DNA of 62,165 nt, counting the filler, from an uncultured virus (IMG/VR IMGVR_UViG_2049941000_000131) (taxonomy: Duplodnaviria > Heunggongvirae > Uroviricota > Caudoviricetes). It is 7 parts of one record of this genome, joined end to end, with 100 filler letters (N's around TTAATTAATTAA, not from the genome) between each part and the next. Parts side by side here need not be neighbours in the genome. Positions count along the whole stretch, not along the records: positions 21,146 to 50,398 come from IMGVR_UViG_2049941000_000131; 6 more parts are not named here. One strand, given 5' to 3'. The position numbers and the translations under genes were made by a program. The notes beneath the pieces were generated by a model, which saw nothing but the letters and a program-made list of their open reading frames with translations, was not told the DNA's origin and made no database searches. This document shows, one piece after another, positions 39,690 to 48,391 of this stretch (position 1 is its first letter; each line of letters starts with the position of its first letter).

Positions 39690-40895
39690 CTAATAAATAT
39701 CCCCATAAGCCCGTTTTACTCTTGCAATGTGTTTGGTTTTTACAAAATATCTCATACTGTCCATTAAATGGTCGTTCTCTTTTAACGGTTTTTCTGTTCC
39801 CTCTTCCCACACGTAAGATTCACATTCGTTTCTCCAATTTTTGAGTGTAGGTGAAAATTTAATCAGCCCTCTGTGCATTGCCGACGCTGTTTCTCTTATT
39901 CCATCTTCAACAGCATTATCAGCCGAACGGACTTTGCTCCAATTCTTTTTCTTGAGTAAAGCAATAAAAGAAGCCGCCGAGGGGTCGATAATCGTTTCAA
40001 GCTTTTCGCCCGGCAAAATATACGGTTCTACAAATTCATCCATATCTTTTCCGTATTCATCATCGGTTTTCTGCCTGTTGGTCGCTCTGCCACTGTAATA
40101 GTATTCATTTACCGCATACCATACACCGCCGTGTTTTTCCCAATATAACGCTGCAAATGGGTTCTGTGTACCATAGTCGATTGATAAACATTTAGCTTCT
40201 ATCGGAGTGTTGGGAGCTTCTGCAATTGCTTCTTGATACATTGGATATATTAAACCCTCTGCAAGCACCCATAAACCGAGGATAAACCGTTCATAAAAAA
40301 CACCTGTGTACTCACGTTTAATGTTTTCCACATAATCTCCAGGCAATGTGGAATTATCGTCAAGTAAAAATTTTACATCAAGCATATCAAGGCTATCTTG
40401 CCTGTCGATATAGTCCGTCTTTAACCAATGTGATGGACTATCAGGGTTAGTTGTTGCTATTAATTTAGCTTCAGGCAAACGCAAACGAGATAATAACATT
40501 GTAAAAAAATCTCTGGGGAACTGCGTAAGCTCGTCACAGTATGCACCTTGTAAAGTTAAACCTCTTATTTTTGCTTCACTCCGTGCATCATTTGCACCCT
40601 CTAAAAAAATTTTTCTGCCGAAAAGGTTGCCCTCTTTTGCCGACAAGCTAAAGGTAAAATTACTTTCTCCGACAAGTTCTTGCAAGAGCAACAGGCAGTT
40701 TCTTTTCAGAGTTGTTAGCGACTTTGCACACATCATATACAGCTTATCTTCGGGCATCGTTTTAACCCAAAACGCCCATAGAACAAGCGAAATCCACGTT
40801 TTTCCGCTTGAAACACTTCCCTCTAAAAGGTTAATCCTTTTCAGTTGGTTCGTCTGCCAGAGTGCCATTAGCTGTAGTTGTTTCTGCGTATACAT
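39690..40895 (-). CDS. terL: Terminase large subunit (PBSX/SPP1-like)
   Basis: GSVSSGKT Walker A, AYCDE Walker B, TTNP, IDYG, DPSA, DH.MD..RY. Confidence 0.93.
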   Translation of the reverse strand: MYTQKQLQLMALWQTNQLKRINLLEGSVSSGKTWISLVLWAFWVKTMPEDKLYMMCAKSLTTLKRNCLLLLQELVGESNFTFSLSAKEGNLFGRKIFLEGANDARSEAKIRGLTLQGAYCDELTQFPRDFFTMLLSRLRLPEAKLIATTNPDSPSHWLKTDYIDRQDSLDMLDVKFLLDDNSTLPGDYVENIKREYTGVFYERFILGLWVLAEGLIYPMYQEAIAEAPNTPIEAKCLSIDYGTQNPFAALYWEKHGGVWYAVNEYYYSGRATNRQKTDDEYGKDMDEFVEPYILPGEKLETIIDPSAASFIALLKKKNWSKVRSADNAVEDGIRETASAMHRGLIKFSPTLKNWRNECESYVWEEGTEKPLKENDHLMDSMRYFVKTKHIARVKRAYGDIY

Positions 40896-41238
40896 TATTT
40901 TTTAACCCATTTATCAAATCTGCAAGCTGTCCGTTTGCGGTATCGGTGTTTTCATACTGGATTTTATCCGACTGCCCTAAATAATTCTTTCCGAGAAATA
41001 TTGCCATTGCCGGAGACTTTTCAGCAAGTTTGAATTGTGAACGTCTAAGGCTCATTTTGCCCTTTGCCGAGTGCTTTTTAAATGCGTCCGCAAAATTCTC
41101 TTTATATGTGCGTTTGCACCAACGTTCTATTGTATCTGGAGAACAATCAAATGCTCCTGCAATCTCTTCAAGAGTGCATTGCAGACCGCAAAGGTTCTCG
41201 AACATTTTTTTATCAATTTCTTTTCTCGGTCTGCCCAT
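40831..41238 (-). CDS. terS: Terminase small subunit
   Basis: GRPRK, HTH, SLRR.Q..LA...MAIFLGKNYLGQ.D; directly upstream of terL. Confidence 0.8.
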   Translation of the reverse strand: MGRPRKEIDKKMFENLCGLQCTLEEIAGAFDCSPDTIERWCKRTYKENFADAFKKHSAKGKMSLRRSQFKLAEKSPAMAIFLGKNYLGQSDKIQYENTDTANGQLADLINGLKNNVYAETTTANGTLADEPTEKD

Positions 41239-41247
41239 TTAATCACC

Positions 41248-41307
41248 TCAATTCAATTTAACAGCCTTTTGCCCTGTGAATTTCTCCCAACGCCGAATGA
41301 TAACATC
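41248..41307 (-). pseudogene. Orphaned original 3' end of the ParB-methyltransferase gene
   Basis: DVIIRRWEKFTGQKAVKLN* with no start, directly after the HNH stop. Confidence 0.75.
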
Positions 41308-42052
41308 ACTCATTATTCCACCTTGCCTTCCATCCGTAATTGTCTGTTTCTTTATGGCATTCATGACATAGAGTTAAGCCATTATCAACATCAAACATCA
41401 ATTCTGGATATCTGCAACGCTCTTTTATGTGATGTGCCTCTATATTCCTTTTTCGTTGACCGCATTTCTGACAAGTAAAATTATCTCTCTTAAATACGGA
41501 CAACCGCCATTCTTTATATTCAGCACTCGTTCTTAATAACTCAGATTCTTTCGTTTTGCCACCTTGCCAAAAATGAGATTGTTCCCCCTTGCGTTCTCTG
41601 TATGCTAAATTTCTGCATTCATTTGAGCAATAGATTTTATTTCTTTTTGTGGATGTTTGAAACTTTTTTCCGCATATTGGACATTCTCTATTTTCTGTTG
41701 CCCTCTTGCTCCAACATTCCTTTGAACAATAAATCGTCTGCCTGTTTTTATGGTCGTGTATTGCTCGAAACTCTTTGTCACATACAGGGCAAGTTGCAAT
41801 TCTCGCTCTTTGCAAATGCGGATAATGCTTGCCTTTTTTACCATCTGTTTTTCTGTAATTATATCCACATTCTTTTGAGCAATATTTTTGGTCTAATCGT
41901 TCCGGATGAAACCATTTTCCGCACTCGCATTGATTCCATCCTTGAAATCTGCCTTTACCACAAGCATTACAAATCGTGTTTTTATTCTCCGGCTTTTCTG
42001 TTGTTTCATAACCGCATTTATTGCAAATCCATTTCTGCTCCACAATTACCAC
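41306..42052 (-). CDS. Free-standing HNH endonuclease with repeated CxxC/YCS..C zinc motifs
   Basis: WR..VF.RD.FTCQ.CG....AHHI......DVDNG.TLC..CH. Confidence 0.9.
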   Translation of the reverse strand: MVIVEQKWICNKCGYETTEKPENKNTICNACGKGRFQGWNQCECGKWFHPERLDQKYCSKECGYNYRKTDGKKGKHYPHLQRARIATCPVCDKEFRAIHDHKNRQTIYCSKECWSKRATENRECPICGKKFQTSTKRNKIYCSNECRNLAYRERKGEQSHFWQGGKTKESELLRTSAEYKEWRLSVFKRDNFTCQKCGQRKRNIEAHHIKERCRYPELMFDVDNGLTLCHECHKETDNYGWKARWNNE

Positions 42053-42086
42053 CTCTTGATAATTATATCACATTAAATGAATTCTG

Positions 42087-43265
42087 TCAATGCCCCGCTA
42101 TCTCTGTGTATGGTATCTTTTTCCCATCCTTAATCAAGAACACATCTGCATCCGAACCCTTAAAGTTTATATATCTTTGCAAAATCACGGAAACATATTT
42201 GGGATCGAGTTCAACCATATAGCATTTCCTGTTTAGCTGTTCACAGGCTATTAGTGTGCTACCACTACCACCGAAACAGTCTAATACTATCTGCTGTTTA
42301 TCTGTTGTATGTCTTATTGCGTTTGCTGATAATTCAACAGGTTTTTGTGTCGGATGTTCATAATCATTCGCATTGTCTTTGCCTATGCTCCACACACTAC
42401 CTATACGCTTTTCTCGGATTTCCTCGCCATTATTGGCACATAAAATCACTTCATAATCAGTTGAAAATGTATGTTTCAAATCTCCAATGCCACCGCCACC
42501 TTTATCCCATATAACCATATTGGATAATTCAAAATATTGTTTGAACAGTGGCAACCATTTATCCAAGACTTTCCAAGTGGTACATATCATCACAAATCCT
42601 TTTACTCTTCCGAGCAAGTTTGGGAAAAAGTTTAATATTTTATCGTCATTCTCCAATACATCAAATTTCTCTGATTTTGTTCGCATATTGGACTGATAAT
42701 TGTAGCCGTATGGCGGATCGGTAAACACCATATTAGCCTTTACCCCATCCATAAGCCTATCAATAACCGCAACATCCGTAGAATCTCCGCATATAAGTTT
42801 GTGGTCGCCTAACTGCCACAAATCGCCAATTTTACATCTTGTTTCTACTTCTTCGGGAACTTCATCTTCTACAATTTCTTCTGTGGTTTTGTCATCGTCA
42901 AAATTCAAATCAAATCCAAAATCTGACATATCAATATCAAAAATGCCGTCAAGCTCTTCACCGAGTAAATCAAAATCCCATTCGGCAAGCTCCCCAACCT
43001 TGTTGTCTGCAAGCCTAAAAGCCTTTATTTGCTCGTCATTTAAATCATCGGCAATCACGCACGGAACTGTTTTCAAGCCGAGCTTCTTTGCGGCTTTTAG
43101 CCTTGTGTGACCGCAAACAACATTGTTTTCCTTGTCAATCACAATCGGAACTTTAAAGCCGAACTCACGAATAGAATTTGCAACAGGGTCAACCGCTCCG
43201 TCATTTTTTCGAGGGTTGTTCGCATATGGAATCAATTTATTTATATCAACATCAATTAAGTTCAT
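42087..43265 (-). CDS. ParB/Srx-domain + N6-adenine DNA methyltransferase fusion
   Basis: PY.NNPR.N, EFGF.VPI, GHTRL.AA, AFRLADNK; DPPY, HPTQKP, D.FGGSGST. Confidence 0.92.
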   Translation of the reverse strand: MNLIDVDINKLIPYANNPRKNDGAVDPVANSIREFGFKVPIVIDKENNVVCGHTRLKAAKKLGLKTVPCVIADDLNDEQIKAFRLADNKVGELAEWDFDLLGEELDGIFDIDMSDFGFDLNFDDDKTTEEIVEDEVPEEVETRCKIGDLWQLGDHKLICGDSTDVAVIDRLMDGVKANMVFTDPPYGYNYQSNMRTKSEKFDVLENDDKILNFFPNLLGRVKGFVMICTTWKVLDKWLPLFKQYFELSNMVIWDKGGGGIGDLKHTFSTDYEVILCANNGEEIREKRIGSVWSIGKDNANDYEHPTQKPVELSANAIRHTTDKQQIVLDCFGGSGSTLIACEQLNRKCYMVELDPKYVSVILQRYINFKGSDADVFLIKDGKKIPYTEIAGH

Positions 43266-43371
43266 ACAAACACCTTTTTTAATTTTATTTGCACAAAACC
43301 GCCCTTTCTGACCTTTAGGGCGGTTTATACAATTAATCCAAAATAAAGAGAAATCCAAAAATGTAAACACG

Positions 43372-43446
43372 TGGTAGCAAGAGTAGGATTTGCACCCACA
43401 ATCTCCCAATTATAAGTCGGGTGTTTTGCTGTTAAACTATCTCGCC
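43372..43446 (-). tRNA. tRNA-Ile(UAU)-like gene with encoded CCA
   Basis: GGCGAGA/TCTTGCT acceptor, CCCGA-CTTATAA-TTGGG anticodon arm, GTGGG-TGCAAAT-CCTAC T arm, ACCA end. Confidence 0.75.
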
Positions 43447-43532
43447 ATATTTGCAGGCTGGTTTGAAACGCAGCCTGCATTTTTACACCAGAAAGAAGAT
43501 AATATGAACGACTGACTACCGCCCATGATTTA

Positions 43533-43570
43533 ATTATACTACAACTAAAACGGACAAAGCGGACAACTTT
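43533..43570 (-). promoter_or_regulatory. Late promoter with tandem TTGTCCG activator sites
   Basis: AAGTTGTCCGCTTTGTCCGTTTTAG..TATAAT; same motif at 57126-57161. Confidence 0.7.
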
Positions 43571-43610
43571 TCGTGTTGTCTGCTTTGCCCTTTGTGCTTA
43601 TTCGCATGCA

Positions 43611-43778
43611 TTAATCGCCCAATACTTTCGCCTTTACCCGTTCGTACAGCTCTTCTACCTCTTTCGGCGAGAGAGTCGTTCGCACTACCTTTACCAACTG
43701 TTCTTTCGTAAGCCAAATGCCTTTTTTGGGACTTCCAATCAGGTATAATGTTGGCTTGCTATTTTTATTATTATTCAT
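43611..43778 (-). CDS. 55-aa hypothetical protein
   Basis: MNNNKNSKPTLYLIG..; overlaps stop of upstream gene; below ORF-track cutoff. Confidence 0.5.
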   Translation of the reverse strand: MNNNKNSKPTLYLIGSPKKGIWLTKEQLVKVVRTTLSPKEVEELYERVKAKVLGD

Positions 43779-44085
43779 TTTTCACCCGCTTTATAACATC
43801 ATCGGCGGTAAGCCAGCCTGCAACTGAGTTTCCATCTTTCTCCTCGTCAACGATATCGCCGTATATCTCAAGCAACCCTTGTTCATATCCGTATGAACCG
43901 TAGTGGCAAATCGCATCCCATTTAAAACAGCCTTCATTATCATAAACAACCACTTGATTGCGCCCAAGATCTATTTCATTGCCGCCAGGGAATGCCACAA
44001 TGTTGGTTTCCTTAATTCGTTCGTAATTTGCTCCGCTCTTGTCCAGATACTCAACTAATTTTTCCATTTCCGTCATTGCCTTCAC
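43771..44085 (-). CDS. Conserved phage hypothetical protein
   Basis: WDAICH.GSYG.E.GLLEI...V.G.LTA..V. Confidence 0.75.
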   Translation of the reverse strand: MKAMTEMEKLVEYLDKSGANYERIKETNIVAFPGGNEIDLGRNQVVVYDNEGCFKWDAICHYGSYGYEQGLLEIYGDIVDEEKDGNSVAGWLTADDVIKRVKNE

Positions 44086-44441
44086 CTCTCATTTTTCTGT
44101 ATATACCTATGACACATCTTTCTAATGCTTTCCTGCGTATTCCCACCGCCCACTCTCTGAGCGATATCCCTCCATCTCCGCCCTTCGATGTAGTGCATTC
44201 TCAGCATTACTCCAACATACTCGTCACACCGCTGTAAATAGACTTCTACAGCGTTCAGTCTTTGCTTTAGGTATTCTATATCCTTTTGCAGTTTATCACG
44301 CTCGTTTCGGCTTATTTCGGCTTTTTCGGGGTCTTTGTTTTCGATAGCCTGAATTTTCAGAGTTAACTCATCAAATTCATCTTCAAGCAGCAATTTTCGC
44401 CCTTTAAGCTTTCGATACTGCCGTAATTGGTTAATGGTCAA
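44082..44441 (-). CDS. RinA/ArpU-like late transcription activator
   Basis: L.QY..L; L..HYI.G..W..IA...GG.NT..S.R....RY; just upstream of packaging module. Confidence 0.8.
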   Translation of the reverse strand: MTINQLRQYRKLKGRKLLLEDEFDELTLKIQAIENKDPEKAEISRNERDKLQKDIEYLKQRLNAVEVYLQRCDEYVGVMLRMHYIEGRRWRDIAQRVGGGNTQESIRKMCHRYIQKNER

Positions 44442-44445
44442 AATA

Positions 44446-44676
44446 TCAACCCTCTTTCTCTTTGATAGCTTTCGCCCTCTCCTCTATCCCCTTTGCGATA
44501 CACAGACATTCCATTTTTTGCTCAAAGAGCATGGATAAATCCTTTTCAAGCTTCATTCGTTCAATGTTGCCGAGCTTTGCTTTACGCTTCGTTTTTGTTT
44601 GCTGGATGCGGTGCTCGACTGCCTCTGCTTCCTGTCGGTATTCGTTCGCCCAGTTAAAATAGTCTTCCGAAGTCAT
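44446..44676 (-). CDS. Hypothetical protein (homolog 56529..56768)
   Basis: DY..WANEY.QE.EAVEHRI in both. Confidence 0.75.
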   Translation of the reverse strand: MTSEDYFNWANEYRQEAEAVEHRIQQTKTKRKAKLGNIERMKLEKDLSMLFEQKMECLCIAKGIEERAKAIKEKEG

Positions 44677-44990
44677 TTATTTAACCAACCTCTTTCCTTG
44701 TAAGCTCTGTAAAAACCGTAGCTATAATTCGTTCCGTGTTCGGCATTGTAAGCACGTCTTTCAAACTCAAGAAGAACCAAAGGGTCATTAGACATTTTCT
44801 TGTTTCGACCTCGTTTTTTCGCCGTTTGAATCTTCTCGTCAAGGTTCTTGATGTCAATTCCCCTAGGTCTGCCCGGTTCTTTCTCTTTCAGTTCTCTTTG
44901 GTATTGTCGGTTCTTCTCCCGGCACTTGTTGCACATTCTGTAAACGGTATTTTCGTTAAACTCTTTTCGACATCTGGTGCATATTCTCAT
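44673..44990 (-). CDS. Zinc-finger protein (C-terminus homologous to 56041..56412)
   Basis: CTRC..CNKC; YN..H....SYG.Y. Confidence 0.7.
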   Translation of the reverse strand: MRICTRCRKEFNENTVYRMCNKCREKNRQYQRELKEKEPGRPRGIDIKNLDEKIQTAKKRGRNKKMSNDPLVLLEFERRAYNAEHGTNYSYGFYRAYKERGWLNK

Positions 44991-45007
44991 TTTATCACCT
45001 TTCCCTT

Positions 45008-45799
45008 TTACAATCCGATGTTTCCGTAAGTTTTTTTGAGCCATTCAAAAAACTTCGGGTACATCTGCTTATAATGCCACAACATACCATTTCTGATAAT
45101 CGCCGTGTTGTATAGCATTGTAATCTCGTTACGGTTTACCTGCCTATCGATATACGGATAATCGTAAATAGACAAATATTTTAAATTATTGCTAAAAATA
45201 TAACTCCATATATCAATATTAGTAAAATTAAGCAGCGGACAGCAAGTAACCGATTGTCGATTTTCGGTTTGATAAATCGCACCTTTTTGATTTAAAACAA
45301 TCCGCCTACGCTTGCTTTCGTCTTTTCGCATTCCGATTATATTTAAATCAATGTTATTTTCTTCTTCAAACTCTTTCGACTTTTTTACATAATCATAATT
45401 AGTTTGATTGAAAATACGCTTTTCTTCTTCGTTTTCTGGGAACAGCGTGAATCTGCCACACTGCTCCCAACAGTCAACCTCGCCCAAACAATCTATAATT
45501 TGATATTTTAATCCGTGTAAGTCGGCATAATATTTCAGCAATTCAATGTTTTCCTCGGGCGTTTCGACATCTGTACAAATGCCATATTTAAAAAACATCA
45601 ACGTACCTTTAAACCCTGCCTTTACAGCGATGTCTATCAATACCACACTATCCTTTCCGCTGCTAAAGGATAGTGCAGCATTGGTTGAATCATCTAACGC
45701 TGTCTTGACAGTTTCGGTCGCTAATTTTACTTTGCGTTTAAAATTAGCCATTTTAGCCGAAATAAGGTACATCTCCTTATCGTCGTTAGATAGGTACAT
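45008..45799 (-). CDS. cysH: Type IV-B-associated CysH/PAPS-reductase-like PP-loop protein
   Basis: SFSSGKDS, GMRKDES.RR, PL..F...DIW.YI; lacks the CC..CxxC cluster ligands; overlaps csf3. Confidence 0.88.
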   Translation of the reverse strand: MYLSNDDKEMYLISAKMANFKRKVKLATETVKTALDDSTNAALSFSSGKDSVVLIDIAVKAGFKGTLMFFKYGICTDVETPEENIELLKYYADLHGLKYQIIDCLGEVDCWEQCGRFTLFPENEEEKRIFNQTNYDYVKKSKEFEEENNIDLNIIGMRKDESKRRRIVLNQKGAIYQTENRQSVTCCPLLNFTNIDIWSYIFSNNLKYLSIYDYPYIDRQVNRNEITMLYNTAIIRNGMLWHYKQMYPKFFEWLKKTYGNIGL

Positions 45800-46460
45800 A
45801 ACATAACCTCTGATTTATAGTTTTCCAGTACGGCGGTCTTATTGCATACTCCATAATTGGACAGTCATAGGTCTTGTCTGCTTTTTCAACCTCGATTGGT
45901 CGCATAAGACCGTATTTGGGATGCTCAGTTGTATAATCCTCCTCGATTTCTTCAACGTCCCACCTGTCAACGATTCCGAAGCCCATAGCAGTCTTTTTGC
46001 CAACACCAATCATAAGGTTTAACAGTTCTTCGATTTTATCTTTTTTGCCAACAGCATAAAAAGTGAGGATTCCGTTTTTAACTGTTCGGATAAGTTGTGG
46101 GTTGCGATAAGCTCTATACAAGCCTACACTGTCGCTTATTATCCCCTTGTCCATATCGAGATAGTCTAATTTATCGCTAGCAAAAAAGTCGGGACGTTTG
46201 TTGTAATGCTCTACAATCTTGTCTATCTCTTGATAAACTGCCTTACTTGCCGCCCATCTGTTGCCCTCTAGATGTACAAGCGGTAAACCAACATATCCGA
46301 TTTGCTCCGGCTTATACACTCCCTCCAGAACGTGAGGAGCGTGTTTCAAAAACCAAGCGTGATAAAGTATACTGTCAAACATCAAGATTCCGTCTGCACT
46401 GCTAAATCTGCCATCTAAAAGATGAGCTGTAATCTTAAGCGGTACGCATTTACTTGGCAT
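45786..46460 (-). CDS. csf3: Type IV Cas5-family protein Csf3
   Basis: PL.ITA.L, D.IL, LPL, W.AS, FYAVG...I..LL, GKK...GFG.V..W, RPI, RPPYW. Confidence 0.85.
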   Translation of the reverse strand: MPSKCVPLKITAHLLDGRFSSADGILMFDSILYHAWFLKHAPHVLEGVYKPEQIGYVGLPLVHLEGNRWAASKAVYQEIDKIVEHYNKRPDFFASDKLDYLDMDKGIISDSVGLYRAYRNPQLIRTVKNGILTFYAVGKKDKIEELLNLMIGVGKKTAMGFGIVDRWDVEEIEEDYTTEHPKYGLMRPIEVEKADKTYDCPIMEYAIRPPYWKTINQRLCYVPI

Positions 46461-47307
46461 TTTTACCACTTCCCAAAATATTAATATATTCTGCACCCTC
46501 GGATTTGATAAAATCCGAGTAAAGGTTAATAAGTTGCTCTACCTCTTTTGATATTGCGACTTCGCCATTATTGACAGAGATTAAATTATCTCCAACGACA
46601 GCATTAAATGTGCCAAAGCCCTTACTTGACATACCTCCGAGCTTGGGAAGCTTAAACCATTCGGCTAAAGCGGAGTAAAACGCACCCATTTCAAGGTCAG
46701 TTGCATTATTAAAAAAATAAATATCCTGCACAAACTCCGTACCCTCTGCCATATACTGCACAGCAAAACGCATTTGTGTACTCGCTTTCGCTTTTTTATC
46801 TTCTTCCGGGTCTGTCATATACCCGGCAAGTATATCGTCTTTGCCGTCATCGGTACGTGTAAACTCAATCTCGTCAATCAAGTTTTTCCAGCTAACCTCT
46901 GTCATTTTTTCACCTAACATCTCATAGGTCTCTTTGACGAGAGGATAGAGATTGCCGACAATCATCTTGCCCGCCATAATCATATCACCCAAGCCGCCGC
47001 CAAAAAGCGACACAAACGGGAAATGTTCTCTTACTGATTTAGCCTTAGCGACATCATTCTTCATAGTGCCGTTGAGATTTCCGCCGCTGAAAAGTACATT
47101 AAAAATCTCTTTGTTGACCTTGACACCAAGAGTATCGAGAAGATACTTAGCACCATTATCTCTGAGTGTGCCTCTTACGCTGTTTGCCGTGATAATCGGC
47201 AAGCGACCGTTAGAGGTCTTAATTGTCTGAAAATAGCTACCTGTGCTTGCTGTTTCGCCAATATGAGATACCGGAGCAGTTGTTGTATACTTAATCCTCA
47301 ATTTCAT
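46450..47307 (-). CDS. csf2: Type IV Cas7-family backbone protein Csf2
   Basis: P.SH, LPII.ANS.RG.LRD, LFSGG, P.VSLFGG, G...VG, LGG.S.KGFG glycine loop. Confidence 0.88.
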   Translation of the reverse strand: MKLRIKYTTTAPVSHIGETASTGSYFQTIKTSNGRLPIITANSVRGTLRDNGAKYLLDTLGVKVNKEIFNVLFSGGNLNGTMKNDVAKAKSVREHFPFVSLFGGGLGDMIMAGKMIVGNLYPLVKETYEMLGEKMTEVSWKNLIDEIEFTRTDDGKDDILAGYMTDPEEDKKAKASTQMRFAVQYMAEGTEFVQDIYFFNNATDLEMGAFYSALAEWFKLPKLGGMSSKGFGTFNAVVGDNLISVNNGEVAISKEVEQLINLYSDFIKSEGAEYINILGSGKNAK

Positions 47308-47725
47308 CTTCAATTCCCTCCATCTTTTCTCTCTGAATACGTTCTCTTACAAGCATTGTGAGTAACATACCTTCATTCTCAAAAATCGAAAGCAGGTCAT
47401 CATCTTCAAAAATATCAATTTTGAAGTCCTTGACATCTGCCGACACAATAACGCTTCCGTCCGGCTGCATTACAAGCCCGCTCTCATCTTTAAGATATGC
47501 AGGCTTAACACTACTAATGTTGCCAAGCTTGCAAAAATGATTTACAAACTCCGCTACATTAGTCGCCTTAAGAGCTGCACCTCTTATGTAACTTGTAAAC
47601 CTATTCCACGTTTCAAGCCCGTTGAGGCTACTCTGCTGATTCCTGCTGCGATAACACGCATAAAGAATCAACGCTGCCTTTCCTCGTTCTGCTGATTCAG
47701 TAGTAAATCCAAACTGCATAAACAT
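47291..47725 (-). CDS. cas11: Type IV-B small subunit (Cas11-like)
   Basis: About 145-aa helical ORF between csf1 and csf2; W..F...IR.AA......F...FC; call rests mainly on synteny. Confidence 0.7.
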   Translation of the reverse strand: MFMQFGFTTESAERGKAALILYACYRSRNQQSSLNGLETWNRFTSYIRGAALKATNVAEFVNHFCKLGNISSVKPAYLKDESGLVMQPDGSVIVSADVKDFKIDIFEDDDLLSIFENEGMLLTMLVRERIQREKMEGIEDEIED

Positions 47726-48378
47726 TCTTCCTCCGTTTTTTTCAATTTTTGCCCGCAATAAAGCGGGATCTGTATTTCGCGGCTTTTTTGTAACTCTGAG
47801 TTTAAAATACTCAGAACCTTTTCGCCTAAAGAAAAACCCAGTTTTTGCATGACCGCAAACGGAATTTCACCGTTTGACAATGCTGTTTTGCTCGCACCCA
47901 AAGTTATTAAACTCTCAACAAATCCGAACAACTGTTTCATTCGGTCGGGAGTAGTGTAAATTACTTCTGTTTCGAGGTTCACGGCATATCTATCCGCACT
48001 ATAATTAACCTGCGAGCGGTAAAACAAGTGCTTTTTTTGGCTTGTCGTTATGATGAATCTAAACGGCGGATTTTGCCGTTTGCACAACTCGTCTTTAAGC
48101 TCTCTAACATTGATAAGTCTAATTCCATTACAATCGACAATGTAATTGTAAAAGTACAGACTAAAAAGTTTTGAACACTCAGGGCAAATATACTCGCCAA
48201 TGTAAGCGTAATCCGTAAAATTAGAGCTAATTATTTTTTTAGCTTTAACACCTTCTTTTTTGCTTTGATTGCATATAGGGCAGTCAAACTCTACATTTTC
48301 CACCGGATATTCTTTGATTTTTACCAGTTTTACAATGTCATTCCCTTTGCCGTCTCTGGTTTTGTATTCAATTTCCAA
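47668..48378 (-). CDS. csf1: Type IV large subunit Csf1 (Cas8-like)
   Basis: CPIC...NFTD...ICPEC, PPF....T.SQKKHL; TTG start after GGAGG. Confidence 0.8.
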   Translation of the reverse strand: MEIEYKTRDGKGNDIVKLVKIKEYPVENVEFDCPICNQSKKEGVKAKKIISSNFTDYAYIGEYICPECSKLFSLYFYNYIVDCNGIRLINVRELKDELCKRQNPPFRFIITTSQKKHLFYRSQVNYSADRYAVNLETEVIYTTPDRMKQLFGFVESLITLGASKTALSNGEIPFAVMQKLGFSLGEKVLSILNSELQKSREIQIPLYCGQKLKKTEEECLCSLDLLLNQQNEERQR

Positions 48379-48391
48379 TAATTCATTCCCT

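Noticed and set aside
41306..42200. Third group I intron around the HNH gene
   Set aside because: No non-coding space for a ribozyme core, and the upstream gene has its own complete 3' end
43266..43409. N-terminal 48-aa extension of the ParB-methyltransferase in the ORF track
   Set aside because: Overlaps the tRNA and a hairpin; the AAGGTG RBS supports the start at 43265
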